Shown here: piece after piece, positions 8,794 to 18,199 of the stretch
How positions within the stretch are numbered: position 1 is the first letter of the stretch
How the letters are laid out: each line of letters begins with the position of its first letter
Origin: an uncultured Rikenellaceae bacterium
GTDB lineage: Bacteria > Bacteroidota > Bacteroidia > Bacteroidales > VadinHA17
Length of the DNA: 64,000 nucleotides
Assembly (NCBI GenBank): GCA_963802145.1
Contig: CAWDHN010000009.1
Span: forward strand, 33,936-97,935
Direction: 5' to 3'
The notes under the pieces: generated by a model
Databases searched by the model: none
The model's input: only the letters and a program-made list of their open reading frames with translations
Told to the model about the DNA's origin: nothing
Made by a program: the position numbers and the translations under genes

Positions 8794-8809
8794 AGTTGGT
8801 TATAAATTT

Positions 8810-9100
8810 ATGATATCACTCTCCTCGATACCTTCGCATTCGCCTGATGTGGTATACCGCAGGATCAACGATGAATTTCTTCTGATCCCGCTTACTGACA
8901 ATATTGCCGATATGGATTCACTTTACAGGCTGACCGAAACCGGTGCTTTTATCTGGGAGCTGATAGACGGCGAGCTTGCCATCAGTGATATAACGTCAAA
9001 GGTAGCAGAAGAGTTCGATGTTGAGCATGATGTTGCCGAAAAAGACATCCTCGATTTTTTCAGGGAGGCCGGTGAATTCCTTCATTTCAGGCAGCCGTGA
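8810..9100 (+). CDS. PqqD family protein (RiPP recognition-element-like)
   Basis: 96 aa with a typical PqqD pattern (YRLTETGAFIWELIDGELAISDITSKVAEEFDV..DILDFF). A -7 box lies at 8786. Confidence 0.75.
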   Translation: MISLSSIPSHSPDVVYRRINDEFLLIPLTDNIADMDSLYRLTETGAFIWELIDGELAISDITSKVAEEFDVEHDVAEKDILDFFREAGEFLHFRQP

Positions 9101-10677
9101 CAGTTGATCTCATCATAGCCGGCAGGAGGATACGGTTGCGGTCGGGCGATGGAATCACTCTCCGTACTGATGAGCGTTTCAGTGATTTTATTGCGTCAGC
9201 CCTTGCGGAAACATCAGCGGAAGAAAAGGAGGCCGGTGGCGGCGGACCGGATATGGCTGAAGATCCGGAGGCCGGGATTAAAGAGGCTGGCGCTGGCGGG
9301 CAGCGAGTTTCATCTGAGCCGGTGCTGACTGTGGATATTTATCCTGGCAGAGCGGTCATACCGGCTGATTCCCGAAAGGTTTTTGACGCACGGCTGATGG
9401 AAGAGACTCCTGACGGGCCGCGGGATTCCGGTGAGCCATTCTGGGAGATTCTGACCGGGGAGGGTGTGACCTGGGCCAAGGTTTTTATGAAGGAGCCGCC
9501 CAGCAATCCCGTCATTGCAATGCCTCACGGGCAGAGGACCTGGCAGATATATGCAGATTTGGGCGGAAGCAAGACAGACCCGGATTTGGTAGCCAGCGGC
9601 AGGAAGCAGACCCAACCAGTATTACCAGACAGCGTCGGGAACGAGGCAAGACAGGTATTTACAGATAAGGTTGCGAACACCAAAAACTCGTTTCCTGACG
9701 GCGGCAACGTGAAGGAGAAGGTTCATACGGGTGGCGACACAATGACCGTCAACCCCCTCCCTTATCCCGTTGACGGGTTGCTCCTCTGGTTTCTCTCATC
9801 AGCGATGGGAGACATAATGATACACGGATCAGGAGTGGTATGCGGAGGCAGGGGATGGATATTCACAGGGAGATCCGGCAGCGGGAAGACAACAATTGCA
9901 GGTATTTTTGACCGTGCCGGCGACAGGGTTATACATGACGACCGGCTTATCCTGAGGAGGGGGGCAGATGGCTGGGTGATGCACAGTACTCCGGTCTACA
10001 GGAACGATGAGCCCCGCAGCGCCGCCATCGACCACCTGTGGGCGATCAGCCATGGTACTTCAAACATATCCACGCCCGTCACAGGTGCCGGGGCAGTCGC
10101 AATGGTGCTCTCCAACTGCATACAGCAGAACTGGAACAGGGCGGCGGCAGTGCGACTGGCGGCATCGGTCGAGGAACTGGTGGCCGCCGTGAGGATCAGC
10201 AGCCTGACCTTCTTGCCTGACCGAAGCATCCGTGATTATCTCGCGGCACGCGAATCAGACAGTCATGTGACTGCTGCCGGGGCTGCATCAGCCATCCTGG
10301 CGGAAGAGAGAACTGTGACTATCACAGCAGGCGGATACAGCATGTGGCCGGCAATCAGGCCGGGAGACAGGGTAGCAATCGGGCCGATGAAAGAGCTGGT
10401 GCCGGTAAGGGGCGACATAGTGGCCCTCAGGCGCGACGGAGGGTACGTGGTGCACAGGGTTAAGACTGTAGTTTTCAGTGACGGGCAGTGGTTCTGCACC
10501 ACGCAGGGTGATGCCGTTACGGAACCTGATGATCCGGTACGGGTGGCTGATATTGCAGGTATTGTTAAAGGGATAATCAGGTCCGGGAAAGAGCTTCGGC
10601 CGTCGCGCCGTCATTTGCCCCATTTGGTCAACAGGATAATTGCATCAATTGCCGGATATCTCAGGCCCGGGTCCTGA
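9097..10677 (+). CDS. HPr-kinase-like P-loop domain fused to an S24/S26-type serine peptidase domain
   Basis: GTGA overlap with the PqqD stop. [28 protein letters not shown]-terminal [34 protein letters not shown]. Confidence 0.65.
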   Translation: MTVDLIIAGRRIRLRSGDGITLRTDERFSDFIASALAETSAEEKEAGGGGPDMAEDPEAGIKEAGAGGQRVSSEPVLTVDIYPGRAVIPADSRKVFDARLMEETPDGPRDSGEPFWEILTGEGVTWAKVFMKEPPSNPVIAMPHGQRTWQIYADLGGSKTDPDLVASGRKQTQPVLPDSVGNEARQVFTDKVANTKNSFPDGGNVKEKVHTGGDTMTVNPLPYPVDGLLLWFLSSAMGDIMIHGSGVVCGGRGWIFTGRSGSGKTTIAGIFDRAGDRVIHDDRLILRRGADGWVMHSTPVYRNDEPRSAAIDHLWAISHGTSNISTPVTGAGAVAMVLSNCIQQNWNRAAAVRLAASVEELVAAVRISSLTFLPDRSIRDYLAARESDSHVTAAGAASAILAEERTVTITAGGYSMWPAIRPGDRVAIGPMKELVPVRGDIVALRRDGGYVVHRVKTVVFSDGQWFCTTQGDAVTEPDDPVRVADIAGIVKGIIRSGKELRPSRRHLPHLVNRIIASIAGYLRPGS

Positions 10678-10787
10678 AAGCCATCTGACGTCAGAACAGG
10701 GCAATTGCTCCCGGGGTTTTAACAGATGGGCATCGTCGTTGTTTCCGGATGGAGGAATGACGATTTTCATTTATCATCGCTTTGAGG

Positions 10788-10795
10788 TACTTTTG
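10788..10795 (+). promoter_or_regulatory. -7 box for metH
   Basis: TACTTTTG, lying inside the long version of the metH ORF. Confidence 0.4.
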
Positions 10796-10819
10796 CGTAA
10801 CCAAATAAACAGGAACAAA

Positions 10820-13800
10820 TTGAAGAGATCTGTCAGAGAAGTTTTGGCTGAGAGGATACTGGTCCTTGACGGTGCCATGGGCACGATGATACAGCGCCAC
10901 AGGCTGACCGAAGAGCAGTACCGCGGCACACAGTTCTCAACCCACCCGCAGTCGCTGAAGGGCAACAACGATCTGCTGTCGGTTACGCAGCCGGAGATCA
11001 TCAGGAACATCCATCTCGATTACCTGAGGGCCGGGGCTGACATCATCAGCACCAACACCTTCAATGCCAACAGTATATCTATGGCCGACTATGCTCTGGA
11101 GTCGCATTCCTACGATATTAATGTCGCTGCCGCGAAGCTTGCATGTGATGCTGTTGCGCGTCATGCGGCAGAAACCGGAAGGGAGGCATGGGTGGCAGGG
11201 TCAGTGGGTCCCACCAACCGCACTGCCTCAATGTCGCCCGATGTGAGTGACCCCGGAGCGCGCACCGTCACCTTCGAAGTGTTGGCACAGGCTTATGGAG
11301 AGCAGGTGCGCGGACTGATCGACGGCGGTGCAGATATTATCCTGGTCGAGACGGTCTTTGACGGACTGAATGCCAAGGCGGCCCTCTTTGCTATCAGCGG
11401 GGTATTCGAAGAAAAAGGTATCGACCTGCCAGTGATGGTGTCAGGGACTATCACCGACGCCAGCGGACGAACGCTCACCGGACAGACCCTCGAGGCCTTC
11501 CTCATCACCATGTCACATTACCCGCTGCTGAGCATAGGGCTGAACTGCGCCCTCGGGGCGGAGCAGCTCAGGCCTTTCATTGAGGAGCTGTCGGCAAAAG
11601 CGCCGTTCTATGTCTCGGCGCATCCCAATGCAGGACTGCCGAACCAGTTCGCCGAGTATGACCAGTCGGCCGATTACATGGGCAGTATCATCAAAGGATT
11701 CCTTCAGAACGGATGGGTTAACATCATCGGCGGGTGCTGCGGCACAACGCCCGATCATATAAAGGTCATTGCCTCACTGGCGAAAGATCAGTCCCCAAGG
11801 GTGCTTCCTGAAATGAAGCATATAACGGCACTTGCGGGTCTTGAGCCGCTGGTGATAAGATCCGACACCAATTTCGTCAACATAGGCGAGCGCACCAACG
11901 TCGCCGGATCAATCAAGTTCGCAAGGCTGATACGCGACGGCAACTTCGCGGCTGCCCTTGACGTGGCGCGCGACCAGGTGGAGGGCGGAGCACAGGTGAT
12001 AGACATATGCATGGACGACGCCATGATCGACGGCGCAGCAGCCATGACAAGGTTCATCAACCTGCTTATGAGCGAACCTGACATAGCGAAGCTTCCCATT
12101 ATGGTCGACTCGTCGAAGTGGGAGGTGCTGGAGGCCGGGCTCAGGTGCATCCAGGGAAAACCGGTGGTCAACTCTATAAGCCTCAAGGAGGGCGAGGAGG
12201 ATTTCCTGAAGAAGGCGCGGCTGGTACGCCGTTATGGCGCGGCAGCAGTGGTCATGCTCTTCGATGAGCGCGGACAGGCTGACACGTTTGAGAAGAGAAA
12301 AACGGTGGCCGACCGCTCCTACAGGCTGCTTACTGAGAAGGCAGGTTTCCCTCCGGAAGATATCTTCATTGACCCCAACGTGCTGGCCATTGGTACGGGC
12401 ATTGAGGAGCATAACAACTATGCCGTCGATTACATCAGGGCAACGGAATATATCAAGTCGAGCCTGCCCTTTGCCAGGGTGAGCGGAGGGGTGAGCAATC
12501 TCTCCTTCTCGTTCCGGGGTAATGACCCCGTCAGGGAGGCGATGCACGCGGTCTTCCTCTATCATGCCATCAAAGCGGGCATGGACATGGGCATCGTCAA
12601 TCCCGGCCTGCTGAAGGTCTATACCTCCATCGAACCGGACCTGCTTCGCCTGACGGAGGATGTAGTGATGAACAGGAGGAAGGACGCCACCGACAGGCTG
12701 CTGCAGTATGCATCCGGGATGAAGGTCGGTAAGCAGGAGGAGAGCACGAAACACCTCGAGTGGCGTGACGGCGATGTCGTCAGCCGCATAAAGCATGCGC
12801 TGGTGAACGGCATAGACACCTTTATCGAGGACGATGTTGAGGAGGCACGGCCGCAGTACGACAGGGCGCTGAGGGTCATAGAGGGTCCGCTGATGGACGG
12901 CATGAACGAGGTGGGCGACCTGTTCGGGTCGGGACGCATGTTCCTGCCGCAGGTGGTGAAGAGCGCCAGGGTGATGAAGAAGGCTGTGGCCCGCCTTACC
13001 CCTCACATTGAGGCGGAGATGAAGACGGGAGAGGCGTCATCTGCCGGCAAGGTGCTCCTGGCAACAGTGAAGGGTGATGTGCATGATATAGGCAAAAACA
13101 TAGTGGGCGTCATCCTGTCGTGCAATAACTATGAGGTCATCGACCTTGGAGTGATGGTCCCCGCTGCAACCATCCTTGACACGGCAGTCAGGGAGAAGGT
13201 TGACTTCATTGGCCTGTCAGGACTGATTACCCCATCCCTGGAAGAGATGGTGCATATAGCCTCACTTATGGAGGAACGGGGGATGAAGACCCCGCTGCTG
13301 ATAGGAGGGGCAACCACCTCGGAGATACACACGGCGGTCAGGATAGCTCCAGTCTATTCATACAATGCGGTTTATGTGAAGGATGCCTCCAGGGCAGTGC
13401 CGGTGATGTCAGGACTGGCGGCTCGTGACGGTGCACTGGGATTGTCACTGAAGGATAAATATGAAAAGCTCAGGAAAGAGCATGAAGCCTCCAGGAAGGC
13501 GAAGAAAATGGTAACCCTCGAGGCAGCAAGAAGGAACGCCTTCATCACCGGTGAACCTTCGCCTGTTCCCGTCAGGCCGGGAGTGATTAACTCCGGACCG
13601 GTAAGCATCAGGGAGCTTGTTGATTACATCGACTGGACTTTCTTTTTCTTCGCGTGGAAGATCAACGGCAAGTATCCGGATATATTCAATGATCCGGTGA
13701 AGGGGACGGAGGCGAAGAAGCTTTATGACGATGCCCTGATCATGATCGAAAGGATCATCGGTGAGGAGCTGATGGTTGCGGAGGCGCTCTCGGGCATCTT

Positions 13801-14440
13801 CCCGGCTGAACGTCACGGTGATGATGTGAAATTGTTTCCCGGTAACGGGGGCGAAGAGGCATGGTTCCGTTTCCTGCGCAACCAGGAGGAGAAGGAGCCG
13901 GGGCATCGCAACCTCTGCCTGTCAGATTTCGTTGCCGAAAAGGGCGATCATGCAGGGGCGTTTGTGGTGACGGTGAGGCCGGTGGAGAAGTTACCCGACG
14001 GAATCGCCGGCGACGACTACCACACCATTATGTTCAGGATCCTGGCCGACCGGTTTGCCGAGGCTGCCGCCGAATGGCTGCACCGCGAGATGCGAGTCAG
14101 TCATTGGGGCTATGCTCCCGGGGAGAACCTTTCTGCGGCTGACCTGTTCAAGGTAAAATACCGCGGCATAAGGCCTGCACCGGGTTACCCTGCCTGTCCT
14201 GACCATACCGGCAAGCAGGTTATTTTTGACCTGCTGAAGGTGCCGGAGACGATAGGCGTTACGCTGACGGAGAGCTTTGTGATGGTACCGGTGTCATCGG
14301 TCTGCGGATATATATTCGCATCGCCGGGTTCATCATATTTTAACGTCGGCACCATTGGCAGAGACCAGCTTGAGGATTATGCATCGAGGTGCGGCATAAC
14401 CGTTGAGGAGGCAGCAAAATGGCTGGCCCCGAATCTTTAG
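10820..14440 (+). CDS. metH: Cobalamin-dependent methionine synthase
   Basis: Full MetH architecture is recognisable: [15 protein letters not shown], the pterin-binding region, the B12-binding [11 protein letters not shown], and the AdoMet activation domain. Start placed at the TTG at 10820 because a -7 box lies at 10788; the ATG at 10757 is the alternative. Confidence 0.9.
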   Translation: MKRSVREVLAERILVLDGAMGTMIQRHRLTEEQYRGTQFSTHPQSLKGNNDLLSVTQPEIIRNIHLDYLRAGADIISTNTFNANSISMADYALESHSYDINVAAAKLACDAVARHAAETGREAWVAGSVGPTNRTASMSPDVSDPGARTVTFEVLAQAYGEQVRGLIDGGADIILVETVFDGLNAKAALFAISGVFEEKGIDLPVMVSGTITDASGRTLTGQTLEAFLITMSHYPLLSIGLNCALGAEQLRPFIEELSAKAPFYVSAHPNAGLPNQFAEYDQSADYMGSIIKGFLQNGWVNIIGGCCGTTPDHIKVIASLAKDQSPRVLPEMKHITALAGLEPLVIRSDTNFVNIGERTNVAGSIKFARLIRDGNFAAALDVARDQVEGGAQVIDICMDDAMIDGAAAMTRFINLLMSEPDIAKLPIMVDSSKWEVLEAGLRCIQGKPVVNSISLKEGEEDFLKKARLVRRYGAAAVVMLFDERGQADTFEKRKTVADRSYRLLTEKAGFPPEDIFIDPNVLAIGTGIEEHNNYAVDYIRATEYIKSSLPFARVSGGVSNLSFSFRGNDPVREAMHAVFLYHAIKAGMDMGIVNPGLLKVYTSIEPDLLRLTEDVVMNRRKDATDRLLQYASGMKVGKQEESTKHLEWRDGDVVSRIKHALVNGIDTFIEDDVEEARPQYDRALRVIEGPLMDGMNEVGDLFGSGRMFLPQVVKSARVMKKAVARLTPHIEAEMKTGEASSAGKVLLATVKGDVHDIGKNIVGVILSCNNYEVIDLGVMVPAATILDTAVREKVDFIGLSGLITPSLEEMVHIASLMEERGMKTPLLIGGATTSEIHTAVRIAPVYSYNAVYVKDASRAVPVMSGLAARDGALGLSLKDKYEKLRKEHEASRKAKKMVTLEAARRNAFITGEPSPVPVRPGVINSGPVSIRELVDYIDWTFFFFAWKINGKYPDIFNDPVKGTEAKKLYDDALIMIERIIGEELMVAEALSGIFPAERHGDDVKLFPGNGGEEAWFRFLRNQEEKEPGHRNLCLSDFVAEKGDHAGAFVVTVRPVEKLPDGIAGDDYHTIMFRILADRFAEAAAEWLHREMRVSHWGYAPGENLSAADLFKVKYRGIRPAPGYPACPDHTGKQVIFDLLKVPETIGVTLTESFVMVPVSSVCGYIFASPGSSYFNVGTIGRDQLEDYASRCGITVEEAAKWLAPNL

Positions 14441-14449
14441 ATTTGTGAT

Positions 14450-15412
14450 ATGAACGGAGCTACAGTAATTGATCTTATAAACGGCTCGAAGAGGCCGCTT
14501 TTCACCTTTGAGCTGCTGCCGCCACTGAAGGGGCACAGCATAGAGCGCATCTACAATACCATTGAAGGGCTGATGGAGTATGCCCCGGCATACATCAACT
14601 TCACCTCCCACCGCAATGAGGTGGTGCTGACGGAGAGGCCCGACGGCCTGCTGGAGAAGCGTACCACCCGGAAACGGCCGGGCACCATTGCGCTGGCTGC
14701 CGCGGTGAAGTACAAGTACAATGTGAATGTGGTGCCGCACATCCTCTGCGGCGGTTTCTCGAAGGAGGAGACGGAGAACGCCCTGATCGAGATGAACTTC
14801 CTCGGCATCAATGATGTGCTTGCACTCAGGGGTGACCCTCCGAAGGGCAGTCGTACCTTCATCCCTGACCCGGGCGGACACAGGAACACCAATGAGCTGG
14901 TGCAGCAGATAAGCGACATGAACCGGGGTCATTATCTTGATCCGGAACTTAAGAATACGGCAGCCACATCATTCTGCATAGGTGTTGCCGGCTACCCCGA
15001 GAAGCATTTCGAGGCTCCCAACCTGAAGAGTGACATGGTCAACCTGAAGCGAAAGATCGATGCAGGGGCGTGTTATATTGTCACCCAGATGTTTTTCGAC
15101 AATGAGAAGTTCTATGCCTTCCGTGACGCCCTGCGGGCGATGGGGGTTACCGTGCCGCTGATACCGGGCATCAAGCCTGTCTCGGCAATGACGGATGTGA
15201 ACCTGCTGCCGCAGACATTTCACATCGACATGCCCGAGGAGCTGGTGCATGAGCTCTCAAAATGCCGTAACGACGAGGAGGCGAGGGAGGTGGGCATCGA
15301 GTGGTCCGCCATGCAGAGTCGCGACCTCCTTAAAAACGAAGTGCCGGGGATACATTACTATACCCTCGGCAGATCGGATAACATTGCCCGTATTGTAAAA
15401 TCCTCGTTCTAG
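14450..15412 (+). CDS. metF: Methylenetetrahydrofolate reductase
   Basis: FTFELLPPLKG, NVVPHILCGG, ALRGDPP, AGYPEKH. Confidence 0.9.
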   Translation: MNGATVIDLINGSKRPLFTFELLPPLKGHSIERIYNTIEGLMEYAPAYINFTSHRNEVVLTERPDGLLEKRTTRKRPGTIALAAAVKYKYNVNVVPHILCGGFSKEETENALIEMNFLGINDVLALRGDPPKGSRTFIPDPGGHRNTNELVQQISDMNRGHYLDPELKNTAATSFCIGVAGYPEKHFEAPNLKSDMVNLKRKIDAGACYIVTQMFFDNEKFYAFRDALRAMGVTVPLIPGIKPVSAMTDVNLLPQTFHIDMPEELVHELSKCRNDEEAREVGIEWSAMQSRDLLKNEVPGIHYYTLGRSDNIARIVKSSF

Positions 15413-15436
15413 AGTCCGGGATGCCGGCCTGGGAAT

Positions 15437-15507
15437 ATCTACAAAACTTTAACCGCTACGGGGTAAGTGTAGTGTGCCATCTGATCTACAAAACTTTAAC
15501 CGCTACG
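15437..15507 (+). repeat. 24-bp direct repeat x 2 (47-bp period) between metF and metK
   Basis: ATCTACAAAACTTTAACCGCTACG at 15437-15460 and 15484-15507. Confidence 0.85.
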
Positions 15508-16800
15508 CGGTATTTTGCCCGTAGGGCATAAAGTATTGCCTCTAGAGCCGAAAGCCTTTTTGATGGCGCTGACCTTGTTGAGCTCCTCCCACTTGAAGAG
15601 ACTGACGGTGATCTTCTTGTCAGGCTTGTCGTTGAACGAACGGAAGCTCTTTTCGATGGTACGTGGCTCGCGGCCCATATGTCCGTAGGCGGCTGTCTCG
15701 CTGTAGATGGGCTTGCGGAGACCGTACTCCCTCTCTATCATGGCCGGGCGCAGATCGAACATCTTACCGATTATCTTTGCGATCTCTCCGTCTGTTACCT
15801 TAACATTCGATGTGCCGAAGGTATTGACGAAGATGCCTACCGGTTCAGCCACGCCGATGGCGTATGACACCTGCACCAGCATCTCGCGTGCCACGCCTGC
15901 GGCGACCATGTTCTTGGCTATATGCCGTGCTGCGTATGCTGCCGAGCGGTCGACCTTCGAGGGGTCCTTTCCCGAGAAGGCGCCGCCGCCGTGAGCGCCG
16001 CGGCCTCCGTAGGTGTCAACGATAATCTTGCGTCCCGTGAGGCCGCTGTCGCCGTGAGGCCCTCCGATGACGAACTTACCTGTCGGGTTGACGTGGTATT
16101 TTATCTTGCCGTCAAACAGTTTCTGTTCCTGCTCACTGAACTGAGACTTCACCCTGGGTACAAGGATGCTGATGACATCCTTCTTGATGGTCTCAAGCAT
16201 CTTCTTCTCATCCTTGTCGAAGTCGTCGTGCTGTGTTGATACGACTATGGTGTGCACTCTTTTCGGTGTGCCGTTATCATTGTATTCGATGGTGACCTGC
16301 GACTTCGAGTCGGGCCTCAGGTATTTCATCTGCTTGCCTTCTCGGCGTATCTCTGCGAGCTGGTAGACCAGTTCGTGTGCTATATCAAGTGAGAGGGGGA
16401 GGTAGTTGCCGGTCTCGTTGACGGCATATCCGAACATCATCCCCTGATCGCCGGCACCCTGGTCCTCTTTCTTCTTGCGGACGACGCCCTGGTTGATGTC
16501 GGGCGACTGTTCATGGATGGCCGAGAAGATGCCGCAGGAGTTGCCGTCGAACATGTATTCGGCCTTCGTGTAGCCGATCTTGTTGATGACCTCGCGGATA
16601 ATGTTCTGTACGTCGATATAGGTTTTTGTCCTGACCTCGCCCGCCACCACCACCTGTCCGGTGGTGACGAGTGTCTCGCATGCGACCTTTGATTCGGGGT
16701 CCCATGCCAGGAAGTTGTCAAGAAGTGCGTCGGAGATCTGGTCGGCTACCTTGTCAGGGTGGCCTTCGGATACTGATTCAGAAGTAAAAAGATAGCTCAT
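15496..16800 (-). CDS. metK: S-adenosylmethionine synthetase
   Basis: [24 protein letters not shown] and [16 protein letters not shown]. The C-terminal ~16 aa tail runs into an intergenic repeat copy. Confidence 0.95.
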   Translation of the reverse strand: MSYLFTSESVSEGHPDKVADQISDALLDNFLAWDPESKVACETLVTTGQVVVAGEVRTKTYIDVQNIIREVINKIGYTKAEYMFDGNSCGIFSAIHEQSPDINQGVVRKKKEDQGAGDQGMMFGYAVNETGNYLPLSLDIAHELVYQLAEIRREGKQMKYLRPDSKSQVTIEYNDNGTPKRVHTIVVSTQHDDFDKDEKKMLETIKKDVISILVPRVKSQFSEQEQKLFDGKIKYHVNPTGKFVIGGPHGDSGLTGRKIIVDTYGGRGAHGGGAFSGKDPSKVDRSAAYAARHIAKNMVAAGVAREMLVQVSYAIGVAEPVGIFVNTFGTSNVKVTDGEIAKIIGKMFDLRPAMIEREYGLRKPIYSETAAYGHMGREPRTIEKSFRSFNDKPDKKITVSLFKWEELNKVSAIKKAFGSRGNTLCPTGKIPRSG

Positions 16801-16926
16801 CTGTTAATTTTTTAAGTTTAACAAAGGCAGGGACGGATTGTTGGCAAAGCAGCGGGTGAAAACCGTTTTAGCATTTTTTTCCGTGGTTGCAATCAGCGCA
16901 AATCTGTCCACCGTCATTTAACTGCA

Positions 16927-16934
16927 CAAAGATA
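16927..16934 (-). promoter_or_regulatory. -7 box for metK
   Basis: The reverse complement reads TATCTTTG. Implies a leader of roughly 120 nt. Confidence 0.4.
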
Positions 16935-17064
16935 ATTGTTTTCAGGTAATATTTCAAAAATGCCGGATAACAAGCAAGCTAAGGCAACAAAAGGTATAGT
17001 TTGCCAGGCAGGGATAACCATATTCCGGGAAGTCCCGCACAAGATTAATGATATTGCTGGTTGC

Positions 17065-17745
17065 TCAGTCTTTTAATAACTCTCTACGGACAGACTCCAG
17101 CTTCTTAAGTTCATCTGCGGTCAGAGGGCGTGATGGCGGAGGTGTGACATCTCCTCGTTCACCAATGTCATAGTAATCATACATAACAGTCCTGGAATGG
17201 GATTCCTGAATAAACCAGCATTCCTTACGGGAGGAGATCCGGATAGGGTTGCTCAAGGTTTCTGCTCCATCTATATCTGTTTTCCGCCATAATTCATAGA
17301 TGTAACAGTCAGGGCTTTCAGAGAATGCCTTCCGGGGCAAGGGCGATGCACATGGATCAATATAGTGCAGTACGATACCATCTGGCTGACAGACATATGC
17401 TGCAAGGAATTCACCATTTAAGCCCTCAGTCAATATGGTACCCGAAAAGCGAGCCCGACCTCCCTTATCTGATTGGCTGGTCAGCCTATCAGAAATGATA
17501 TAGACAATTTCCCCCTGCATGGACCCGTCTCCTCCCTTATTCACCATCAGAAAGGAGATTGCCCCTAAAGTGAAGCTGTAGGGACTCGTGGAACAACTGA
17601 TGAAGTAATTCTCTTCATAATCCAGCGGGGCTACAGCAGCGTGACCGCGATACCATTTTTGGATAGTCGCTTTCTCCCATCGAGGACTTCTGAGAGGGAT
17701 CATTGAATGACCTTTACTATGCGGTATTACGCATTTGCTCCTCAT
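17065..17745 (-). CDS. Hypothetical protein (no family recognised)
   Basis: 226-aa ORF in an AT-richer stretch. Overlaps the upstream signal-peptide ORF by 29 nt in another frame. Confidence 0.45.
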   Translation of the reverse strand: MRSKCVIPHSKGHSMIPLRSPRWEKATIQKWYRGHAAVAPLDYEENYFISCSTSPYSFTLGAISFLMVNKGGDGSMQGEIVYIISDRLTSQSDKGGRARFSGTILTEGLNGEFLAAYVCQPDGIVLHYIDPCASPLPRKAFSESPDCYIYELWRKTDIDGAETLSNPIRISSRKECWFIQESHSRTVMYDYYDIGERGDVTPPPSRPLTADELKKLESVRRELLKD

Positions 17746-17902
17746 AGAAAGTCCGATATACTGTTATGGCATCAGGAACAGAGTCGTCCTGATTATTCTC
17801 TTTATTACCAGAGGTAAGGATTGCAGTAAATGCCAATGCAGGAAGCAGAGACAGGCTGATGATAAGATGTGCTTTATTTTGAAGAAAGAATGGTAGTTTC
17901 AT
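17717..17902 (-). CDS. Short ORF with signal-peptide-like N-terminus; possibly the detached 5' part of 17065..17745
   Basis: MKLPFFLQNKAHLIISLSLLPALAFTAILTSG from the Met at 17902. Confidence 0.3.
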   Translation of the reverse strand: MKLPFFLQNKAHLIISLSLLPALAFTAILTSGNKENNQDDSVPDAITVYRTFYEEQMRNTA

Positions 17903-18104
17903 GATAACAAAAATATTCATTTTTCTGCTATTCCGATTTTGGTGCATTCACCCGGCGACTTCGTTGTTTAGTGCCGTTCCTCGCTTTATCATATCAGGCT
18001 TCGGGCGGTTAGACCTCCGGAAAGTTCAGATCAGGAGATGGATCTGGGCTTCCATGCCCCAACTTGATTCTAAATACACTTTTTCCCAATGGTCATCCGG
18101 AATA

Positions 18105-18156
18105 ATTACGCAAAATGTATTACGCAAAATGTATTACGCAAAATGTATAATACATT
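18105..18156 (+). repeat. 14-bp x 3 tandem repeat followed by a 15-bp palindrome sharing the same half-site
   Basis: ATTACGCAAAATGT x 3 (18105-18146). AATGTATAATACATT at 18142-18156. Confidence 0.85.
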
Positions 18157-18172
18157 ATGTATAAAAAATGTT

Positions 18173-18180
18173 TATATTTG
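18173..18180 (+). promoter_or_regulatory. -7 box for the PF01637-type ATPase gene
   Basis: TATATTTG, ending 20 nt before the ATG at 18200. Confidence 0.45.
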
Positions 18181-18199
18181 TAGTTAAATATGCTTTGTT

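Noticed and set aside
10640-10819. N-terminal extensions offered by the ORF track. Examples are metH from 10640, cysS from 3355, trpS from 31458, the TonB receptor to 36460, the MlaF-like gene to 41757, gldK to 48620, PorP to 49626, the arginase-fold gene to 50925, panC to 59373 and the glycogen-synthase-like gene from 59449.
   Set aside because: The extensions overlap upstream genes or contain the gene's own -7 promoter box. Conserved N-termini or signal peptides begin at the internal Met (or TTG) that I chose.
11909-13006. 365-aa minus-strand ORF antisense to metH. Similar long antisense ORFs lie at 2097-2930, 3235-3912, 14333-14932, 22151-22747, 32745-33380, 39385-40011, 42498-43106 and 50744-51496.
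   Set aside because: Each lies wholly inside a confidently identified gene on the other strand. Each has Arg/His/Pro/Gly-rich composition typical of shadow ORFs in GC-rich DNA, and none has a recognisable motif.
16801-16926. Calling the metK leader a SAM-I or SAM-II riboswitch feature.
   Set aside because: I could not find the conserved SAM-I core or a convincing SAM-II pseudoknot by eye. It is kept only as a low-interest finding that needs a covariance-model search.
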